DNA of 64,000 bases from the human T2T-CHM13v2.0 reference genome, Homo sapiens, in assembly GCF_009914755.1 (NCBI RefSeq), contig NC_060928.1, one strand, 5' to 3'. The translations under genes and the position numbers were made by a program. The notes under the pieces are model-generated. The model ran no database searches, was not told where the DNA came from, and worked only from the letters and a program-made list of their open reading frames with translations. Below are positions 54,706 to 64,000 of the stretch, in pieces; the first letter of the stretch is position 1, and the number at the start of each line of letters is the position of its first letter.

Positions 54706-57230
54706 ATTTGTCTGTCCTAATGTGGGGAAGCGGTCGTGGAAGTCATTGCCCCGTCTTGATTTATGAATTGGCAGCCTACGATGGGGACTCGTCTCTCTCT
54801 GCTGTTGGCCTGCTCACAGGTAGAATCTGTTAGCGGGGAGCCTGGAGTATTCGGGGTGGGGCGTGTTCCTGGGGGCAGCAGCAGCCTCTGATGTGTGCAA
54901 TCCTGGAAGGGCATTCACACCTCCTCCAGTGGCTGCACAGGCCTCTCTACCCTGGTGCCTGCAGGACCTGGAGCAGGGCTGGGGCTTTGGCCCTGGGTGG
55001 TTTGTGTGAGCCATCTCAGTGCCCTGGGACCAGCCGTCCTACCAGCACCATTGTACACCCCTCTCCTACACCACCCAGCATGCCTCTGCCTTCCAGGCCT
55101 CCCTGCTAATCTCTCCATCTGGATTAATTTCGACGTGGAGGGAGGAGAGGGAGGCAGAGCAGACCTTCCTGGAGGAGCCTTCACCCTTGACCCTGCCCTG
55201 CCCCGTGATGATGGCCACCCCCAGCCTGGGCAGGCCTTGCTCTGATGTTTCCTCATTCTCCTCCACCTACAAGCCACAGGTGCAACAACCTCTTGGGGAA
55301 GAGGGGACTTGCCTTGGAATGTGGGGCTTAGTTTTAGTGGCCTCAGGATTCTGAAGCCAGCCCCATGCCCCAGAGGCTGCTCTGGGGCAGGCATGACTTT
55401 CCATGCATCCCCATGGGAGGTTCCTGGACCTGTCAGACTTCTCTCAAACATTTATCAAAGGACGGATGTGTCTGTTGCCTCATCCCCAGATGAACTGACT
55501 CAAGAGCTTGCCAGTTAACAGCTTGGAAGTCACCTCATGTGGATCACGTGAGGGTGTGGAGTTTGGGAGTTGTATGTGTATGGGGAAATGTGATTCTTGA
55601 AAAGTGTCCGTATTGTAAATAAAAATAAGGACAATTTCGATGCAACATAATTTAAAATAATCACGGGCCCCGTGAAGAGCATTGAGACCACAGAGGAGCC
55701 CAGGGCCACCCTACCACAAGCGGGTCTGAGGTGTGGGCCGGGGCTGGCTTGGCCCTAGGGCTGGGGCAGCATGACCTCCAGTAGCCTGTTTTCTGAGTTG
55801 TCATTGCTGCCCTGACTTGTTGCTTGGGATGTAGAAAGGAAACTTGACTCGTGAGAAGAGGTTTCTGGCATGTTCCACTTCTGTGAGAGCCCCTCTGCAG
55901 GAAAAGGCAAACCTGTGGGCAGCTAGAGCAGGCTCAGGTTAGTGTTGGGAGTGGCTTCCTGGCAGATTCCTAATTGGTGTATCCCAGGGGCCATTAAAAA
56001 TCTCCCTGCATCAGGCCTTGATTGATTTGTTTGCTTGCTGGAGATTCCTATTGTTAACAGTGAGATGCACCCAACCAGCCGTTCCCCTCAAAGTGCTTTT
56101 ACCACCACTTAAAGAAATCACCACCAAGTCTGGCTATCTATGTGACCTTGGGCAAGATCGGTTACCCCCATGATTCTGTTAAGGCCTCCTAAAAATAAAA
56201 TGATACTGAGAGGTTTGGGGTTGAAATGACCTAATAGAAGCAGCGCACCCAGTATGTGGGGAGGGCTTGGCTAACAGGAACTGCTGTTCCCGTTTTTCTT
56301 AGTTCTACGAATAAGAATAGCAGTATCTTGCATCTTTGTCATCAGGGTCTTCTGTGTTCCTTAGGATGATGGGGTGACAAGTAGTGAAGTTCTACAGCTG
56401 TGCCCTGTGGAGGCTCCTGTAGCCTTAAGAGCTGAAGACCCCTCCTGTGGCTCTGTGGAAGAGTGGGGTAGTGCCAGAGGGGAGCAGGGGTGTTTCTGTC
56501 TGAGAATGTGACACGTGCACAGCAGTGTGGCCAGGACTGCCAAGGCCTCTGGGCAGGGAGCTTACCCCTGGACATGGCCCAGGATGTACTGAGGAATGGG
56601 ATCAGGAGGTGTTTTCTTACTTTGGTGGATCATCTTCCTTCCCCTAGAAGAGGAGCGGAGTATGTTTTGCTGTTTTAGTTGGATGGGTGCGGCTGCTCCC
56701 CAAGGCTCTGCTGAGGCTGCCTGGACTTCCCTCAGCCCTACCTTGCTCAGCGACTGCAGCACCAACTGCGCCTGCCTAGACCAGGTCCATAGCCTGTGTT
56801 CATTCAGAGGCAGTATGGTGGTTTGGGGCAAAAAAGAGCACTTGGGCTATGTGTTTCTTGTTGACACTGGGGCTGCAGGGCTTGCATCTGATGGTGCCAC
56901 CCACAGGGCCTTCCCTGGTGTTCCCTGCACCTGTAAAGGAGATGCCAGGTGAAAACAGAGCCAAAGGACTTGCAGGGGCTGCAGCCCCAACTTCCTTCCT
57001 TTGTAGTAGCAGCCACACATGCAGTTGGGGGTATGGAAGGGAAAAGCAATGGGTGTCCATGCCAGAGATGGATGTCTAACTCATTCTTTCCTTACAATGA
57101 CTGCACAAGCCAGGAGATATTAGCCCATTTTATGGATGAGAAAATGGAGACGAGCACTTGCTTGCTCAGGTTCGATAAGCTAGTCACAGAAAGTTCTTTC
57201 TGCTGTGCCATCTTGTCCTCAGGGCCATGC

Positions 57231-57656
57231 TGTTATGAGTTGAATTGTTTCCCACTCCCCAAATTCACATGTTGAAGTCCTTAACCCCTAGTCCCTCAGA
57301 ATGTGATGTCATTAGGAACTAGAATCTTTGCAGATGTTGCTAGTTAAGCTGAGCACAGTAGGGTTGGCCTTAATCCGATATGACTGATGTCCTTAAAACA
57401 AGGAGAAATTTGGACACTGAGACAGACTCACATAGAAGAAAGATGACATGAAGAGAAACAGGGAGAAGACAGCCATCTACAAGCCAAGGGGAGAGGCCTG
57501 GAATAGACCCTTCTCTCTCAGCCCTCACTGAAGGAACCAACCCTGCTGACACCTCCATCTTGGACTTCCAGCCTCCAGAACTGGGAGAAAATGCATTTCT
57601 GTTTAAGGTGCCCAATTTGTGGTCCTTTGTTACAGTAGCTCTATGAACGTAATACA
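57231..57656 (+). mobile_element. MLT1A/B-type MaLR solo LTR (intergenic)
   Basis: tgttatgagttgaattgt..ccccaaattcacatgttgaagtcc start; ggacttccagcctccagaactg; tttgttacagtagc...taataca end. Confidence 0.88.
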
Positions 57657-58815
57657 GTGGTGAAAAGTGCGTGTTGCATTACAAACAAGCTGTTTTGAAA
57701 TCCTATTTTTGCTATTTTATATCTTGGTGATCTCTGGTAAGTTACTTGACCTTTTTATGGTTCTGTTTGTGCCAGTGAAATGGAAAGAGGAGAAGCAACC
57801 TGTGGGATGTGACAGTTAAATGAGAGTGAATGTCCTGTGCTGGATGGGCACATGGTAGGAAGTGGGGTTTAGTAAATGGAGAGGACTGGAGAAGGCAAGG
57901 CAGCAGGACACTGTGGTGGTTGGGGGTCGGTTTCTGTCCCCCTTCTCATCTGTAAATCACTGCCTGCTTCCTGCCAGCATCTCTTCTCCAAAAGCCATTC
58001 CATGCTCTTGTCCTTTGCTGACATTGCTCAGCCTCTCCCCTCCTTCCCAACGCCACTCCAGGCTCCTGCTCTCTTGGACTTGCCTTTGTTCCCATTCACC
58101 TCCAGACTGGGCATCTTCTCAGCTTCTTAGGAGTTCTCCCTTCCAGTCTCTCAAAGCCAGTTCTGGTTACTCCTTCGCTGGCCAGATGTTTTCCATGACT
58201 TCTTGAATCTTCTTGAGCCACGTAGCTTTCCTCTGTCCACTCTGAGGATGCTGTTCCAGGAGTGTGTCCTCAAACAGCTCTCCCACTCCTAGTTCTGCAA
58301 ATGTCTTCTCAGTTGCTTGTCAGCACTCTTCCTCCTTGACTGGCCTGAGCAGTAATTTATTGCTACCTCATTTGGGCAGCCCAGCTCATTCTGACACTTA
58401 AATGTCTAGCTAAAAGTATCTCAATCTATCGGTTAGAAGAATACCTTGGAAAACACTTTCTATCTGAAGATCAACTTGATTGGAAGAACTCCTATTTTTG
58501 GCCCAAGAGACCTGCACTTTAAATTTGGGCAGTGAATGCATGGCAGCTCAGGGCCATGCCTTGGTGTCTGGATTCCTTCTTCCTTGTGGAGTTTAGCAAC
58601 TAAGGAAACACTGCAAGGTGGAGCAGCTCCCATGCCAGGAGCAGCAGGATCAGACCTAGCCAGGCCAGTTTTCACAGGTGCTGCCATCCACCCTCAGTCA
58701 GGCTGGCTCAGGGCATGGAGATCCATATAAAGGGGTTTTTTCAGACTAGGGAAAACTTGGAAACCACTGTCTTGGCAACATACATGCTGCAGCAAAATAT
58801 CTCAGTAACTACTAG

Positions 58816-59240
58816 TGTGGTAGACATTTAAAGATCCTGATCTTTCACCCCTCCCCAAACCCATGCCCTTTTGTGGAGTCCTTTCAGGCTGACTCAGGGC
58901 TTGACCTCACAACTTGCTTTGGCCAATGGGCTTGGAGCAAACTTGATTCAGTCAGAGGCATGGAAAGTGTTATATGCCTTTCCAGGCTCTTTTTTAAAGC
59001 CCTGGCTTTGCCATGAAAATAAACCCAGACTAGCTTGCTGGAGGATGAGAGGCCACATGGAGCAGTGCCACTGCAGACCAGACAGCTGCAGGCTAACCAC
59101 GGATATACAAACAATCCCAGCTCAGCCGAGCCTGGCTCAGGTCAGCACACCCTAGCCTGCTTCCCTTAGCCGACTCATAGAAACATGAGAAATACTAAAT
59201 GGTGATTGATGTAAACCGCTAAGTTTTGGGATGTTTTGTT
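58816..59240 (+). mobile_element. Older MLT1-family LTR remnant (intergenic)
   Basis: tgtggtag start; acttgctttggccaatgg; gctaagttttgggatgttttgttatacagcagcagctaactg end. Confidence 0.7.
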
Positions 59241-60687
59241 ATACAGCAGCAGCTAACTGCCTGCCACTTTGCCCCATCGTTCACTTTGCTTTGGACAGTC
59301 TTGGTCGATGATCAATGTTGAGATTGTGCCTTACCCAATTCCAGTGTTGTTTTGGAAGCTACTGTTTCATTTCCAAGAAAATTGCTACAGTAGCAACTGG
59401 CTGACTTGAAATTAAAGTGCCAGAGATACTTGTAATCAAGTCATTTTAATCTGTGTACATTTGCAGAGTTTATAAAAAATGTTAGAGCTGATTTGTACAT
59501 AAAGGGACAATGTTTTCTATTTGCTTGGAGGGAATTCAGCATACAGAAGCAAACAAGCCTCTAAATACATAGGCATCACCGGGCACAATTTTTTCTTTTT
59601 TTAACTGCTCTGGCATATAGTGGCTGGCTGTCTCAGTGGCAGAGACACAGTTCTTAGCTAATGATTCCTAACTGTGGGCTGAATTCTTTGGGCCTGAGAG
59701 CACTTCTAGAGATTGTGAGAAATAGTCACACTTGACCCAAGAATGAGTCTGTTCAATTCAAAAAGGGCACCCCCTTTAGCCAAGGGTGCACATTGTAGGG
59801 GCCTCCTGCCAGCTTTGGGTGGGTTCCCAGCCCAAGATGGCTTTTGTTTCAAGGTAGGGGCTCTCTGTGAAAAGCCCTGTTCCCTAATAGGTCAAATTTC
59901 TGAAATTTTTAAATCTAAAATTGCACTTACAGTATTTCACACACCAAAAGTTTGTGCTCCCAATTTTCTTCCTGTGCTGTGTTCAGTGGGTATGCTGTGT
60001 TCCAGAAATGGATCTGTTGTGTTTCACAAAGCTGAATTTTACTATCAATCAAATAGTCTTCTCTTGCTGAAAGCAAATAATTTGAACAATCACCAGTTGA
60101 GCAACACACTAAAAATGTACTGTACTTTATCTTGTGGGAAATGTTTTCTATTTAAAAACCAGCTGGTGATTGCTTACTGCTCCTTTGTGGCCCATATTAA
60201 TGAGTGGAATCCAGGGGACAAGCCTGCAGAAATGTCAGAAGCATCATGGCCAATGGGGAGCTGAGCTTCTTGATGGCGCAAGGGTGCTGGGGGATGATAG
60301 GGTGAGACCATGTAGAAGAACAACTTTGGAGTCAGACGGGGGCTCCACTCACATTAGTCTCAAATTCTGCAGAATAAGTTTTCAAGTGGTTGTGAAGATA
60401 AATGAGGCAATGTATATATAGGGTTTAGCAACTACATGGCAATAGTTATCCAATGGTTACAGAGTATTTTAATGAACTAAATATCAATCAAAAGTATTAA
60501 AAACAAGGTCTCTGATCAGTCCCCCAAAGAGTAGAATTAACATGTGGCTAACATAGGACTCTTTCTAACATGGAAAACCACGTTCTCCATCTTGGATGTA
60601 GGCAGAGTGCATACAATCAAGATTTGGGAGGGCACAAAATCCAGGTGTACCTACAGACATTCAAATGAATTTGCTCCAAAACAACAG

Positions 60688-63268
60688 GTGATTAAAGTAA
60701 AGGATTTATTGTAATCTGCTTACAGTCCTTTGCAAAGACAGACATATGTTTTTGCATAAAGATATAAATTGCTTCATTTTAAACTAATTTAGTGTTTCTT
60801 TAAATTATATGAACTTTTGGTGAATTATGAACTGTACCAAACCAAGATTTTTAAGAGCAATATGGTACAAAAATAAGAGCAGACAGACAATTTGGACTGG
60901 GACAGGCATTCAACAGTGAATTTAGAATATGGCTTTGCTGTTTAATCAAGCAAAGTTACCTGGAGACACACAAAGAGCCAGTAACTTTGTTAATACAAAA
61001 AGCTGATGCAGACCATCTCCATCCCAAACCTGGTTAAGTAAGTCAGAATTCCCATTTTATAAAAACTAAGTCTGAACTAAAAGCTGCTTTTGTAAGTAAG
61101 CCATTTGTTTGCTAGCAACTCCCAGTCTGCATGCTGTGTATTTATTACCTTCAAAGTGTGGCTTTCATATTACTGTGCACCGTAAGTTGACTGTATTTAA
61201 AGATCTGCCTATAAATTAAATTCCTGAAATTGCAAATTATGTAAGAAAAACTCCTCCCTCTGAGTGCAGCTTTCACAGGTTTCCCCTTGCATAAGGCAGG
61301 TGTCTTTTGAAAGACAAGGTAATGTTGCCTGCATGGTGAACCCTGGAGAAAAGTGTTGATCTAATTAATTGCTGCTTCCTCGTGGCCATGGGCTTCTCCA
61401 GCTACAGCTTTTAGATTTTGGAAAATAATTAATATGATTTCACTGAGTAAACCTGATGATTATCATCATTTTTAAAAGATTAATTTGGCCTCTATTCAAA
61501 GTAGTTTATTTAGTGCAATCATATTGTTAGTTTCCCCAAAGATACATATGTTTGTGATTTGGGGCAAGAGAAAAGCCATACATTGCATCAGTGCCAAACA
61601 AACAGATTAATGAATTAAACATTTTAGTGCCACTGTCTTGCTTATATGATCTGTAATTTTTCTCCAAAACTGTTTATGTATAAAACTTATTTTTAAAACC
61701 TACCTTTTAAAAATCTAAAACCCCTCTATCTCCCGGTCTCCATGCCATTCAGACTGAACCTTGCCAAGATGGGCCGTCCCAGCGCATCCTGCCATGATCT
61801 GTGCGTTCCTGTGACCGGTTCCAGGAGTGCAGAACCTCTTTCCAAGATCAGAAGGGAATAGCTGATCTTTAACAGAGAGAGAGTGCATGGAATTTTTTTT
61901 TCCCACAGGAGAAAATCTGATTTTCTAAAATGGGAGGAAAAGATGCTCTCTGAGCCATCAAGTTCCCAGTCTCACTCTCGTAGAGCTGGTTCTGCTTCTA
62001 GAGGAAAAGGGAAACGAGGCAGCTTTCCCAAAGCTGCAGCACTCCAAGGACCTCCTCTCCCACATGTGTTGTCAAATGACACCTTCCAGGAGCTGCAGAC
62101 ACCGCAGTGTGTCATTCCCCGATGGAGCAGGATGAAGCAGAAGCCAGAAAACGTGCTGGAGTCCCACAAATGCCCCAAGCGGGAGACCAAGAACAAAACA
62201 AAAAGTACAGAAAAAGTAGAAAGGTTTCAAGACAACCGAAGAGGTTTCAGTGTGGTTATTTACAACAGAGACTGTAAAATAATGGTAAATTAGATATGAA
62301 GCTAAAAAAGGCACAGCTTTCCCTTTCTTAAATACACTGTAAACGGTTCATTATGCATGCAGGACATTGCACTTTACAAAAAAAAATTACCTTGTTTAGA
62401 CAAAGATAGTACTTAAATAGTCTCCAGCAAAATAGAATTCTTTCAAAAATACTTTCCCATTCATCCTATTAACCATTAAAGATTTTTTTTGTATGTGTCT
62501 CATTTACAAAAGATCCTTATACCTTATTTCAGGTCCTTCATAATTTATACATACAGTAATGTACAGCACAGCAAAAGACTGCAAAAAATTATTTGTAAAG
62601 CCAACACAATAGATACTAGAAATCAAACCAAGGCATTTAACATCATCTTATCCATTCTAATTAAATAAGAAATGGACGCTAACGAGTGTGTATACCAGTG
62701 ATGCAGAAGACCGTGGACGAGCGAGGGCTCAGAGGCAGCTGCTGCCCCACGCCACGAGTTCTGTTATTACACAACAGGAATCTGTATATATTTTTTTATT
62801 ATTTTTTTGTGTTTTTTTAATAACAAAAGAATATTAATGCCCCATATTGACTATACGTTTTATGTGCAAACCAAGGGTAAGCTTTAAAACGTTCGTTAGT
62901 CCTTGAACCCTTTTAAAACAAGCGAACGATACCAGAAACTACACGGCATAGTTAAAACTTCTTCCATCTGTGAAAATATCAAAATCAGAGTTATTGACTA
63001 GATATGGCTTTTCATCCCGAGGAACAGGAACATGTTTCTAAGCGCTGGGGGATTGGAGGTGGGGAATCCTTCAGACTGCTCTGGTCTCGCCAAATCCACG
63101 GAAAAACAGCTTTCCCGGCTCCAAACCTCTGACATGACTTTAAACTTGAGAAACTGTTGAACAAGTGTGAATCAACCATCACATGTTAAAAACAGGTTTT
63201 CTTGGGTCCTTCTGGGTGTGGAACAACACAGGGAAACTTAAGGCAAAGTTCTTCTGGGCAGCGGGCAG
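60688..63268 (-). other. NR3C2: NR3C2 3'UTR, ~2.6 kb, AU-rich, no obvious interspersed repeats (distal end approximate)
   Basis: Runs from the stop codon to just past minus-strand AATAAA at 60710-60705; many miRNA seed, ARE and PRE motifs. Confidence 0.85.
60705..60710 (-). terminator. NR3C2: NR3C2 polyadenylation signal AATAAA
   Basis: TTTATT on + strand; on - strand followed by GU-rich ctgttgttttgg. Confidence 0.85.
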
Positions 63269-63520
<252 letters not shown>

Positions 63521-64000
63521 TTAGAAAGCCTCCCAGGAGACCATGTCTTCATTAATTGAGCAGAGTCATCTGTCCTGGGAGAGGAAGAAGGGTGCTCACA
63601 TCACCCATGTCATCTGCCTTTCATGGAAAACAAACAAATTCAGCTGAGAGCTGAATTTTGAGCACTGAATGTATGAGCTGAAACAGGGACAGTGACAGAG
63701 TTAACAGTGACTGGGTCACTGAACTGCACTCATCAAATTCTAATTTCTAAATGTGTGCCTACACGTGTATCTTTGTATTGGTGAGGGGCCTTCCCAGGGT
63801 GTAAGGTGGGCTGGTGGGAAGGGGCAAGTGCTGGCCCAGGGTCTAAGCACCACAGATGCCCAGGAGGGTGAGGAGCAGGACAGAGCACTGCACAGGCAGC
63901 TGTGGTGTTCCCCTAACTGGGCCCGCCAATGGAGCTGCCGCCAAGGGGCCAGCTGGCACTTCCACCTGCAGCCCCAGGCCCTCTTTCCTTCTTTGTGGGT

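Noticed and set aside
53853-54833. 326-aa ORF as an independent gene
   Set aside because: Begins at a GTG in the intron, crosses the polypyrimidine tract, has no recognisable domain and overlaps the true SH3 exon. Only meaningful as a splice-accessed alternative frame (see findings).
59743-60264. 173-aa intergenic ATG ORF
   Set aside because: No recognisable homology, promoter, poly(A) tail or TSD suggesting a gene or processed pseudogene
63936-63953. CTCF-like motif tgccgccaaggggccagc
   Set aside because: Mismatches at core positions; cannot be supported without ChIP data

Overview
Primate (very likely human) genomic DNA, recognised from the encoded peptides as the tail-to-tail junction of two genes (chr4q31 by recall). 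On the + strand are the last five coding exons of ARHGAP10/GRAF2 (5172-5322, 28817-28976, 45073-45225, 46341-46432, 53918-54006). They splice in frame to 214 aa of Ser/Pro-rich linker plus the C-terminal SH3 domain, with a poly(A) signal at 54683. On the - strand is the terminal exon of NR3C2 (mineralocorticoid receptor; CDS 63424-63269, ~2.6 kb 3'UTR, AATAAA at 60710-60705). The rest is intron or intergenic DNA with Alu, L1, L2, MIR, LTR (MLT2A, THE1, MLT1) and DNA-transposon remnants. Almost all ORFs in the supplied track are incidental. The leading hypothesis has two linked parts. First, an 11-nt intronic element just after the first SH3 exon can pair either in a local hairpin or with the branch point 1.4 kb upstream. 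Second, skipping the enclosed exon(s) shifts translation into an alternative frame with no stop codon across the whole proximal 3'UTR and poly(A) signal, giving a non-stop mRNA or a ~305-aa novel tail. Other notable items: a TSD-flanked tailless 5'-half tRNA-Ile(TAT) retrocopy, inverted Alus bracketing one exon, and a leaky-type UGA-C stop in NR3C2. All functional claims are untested inferences.
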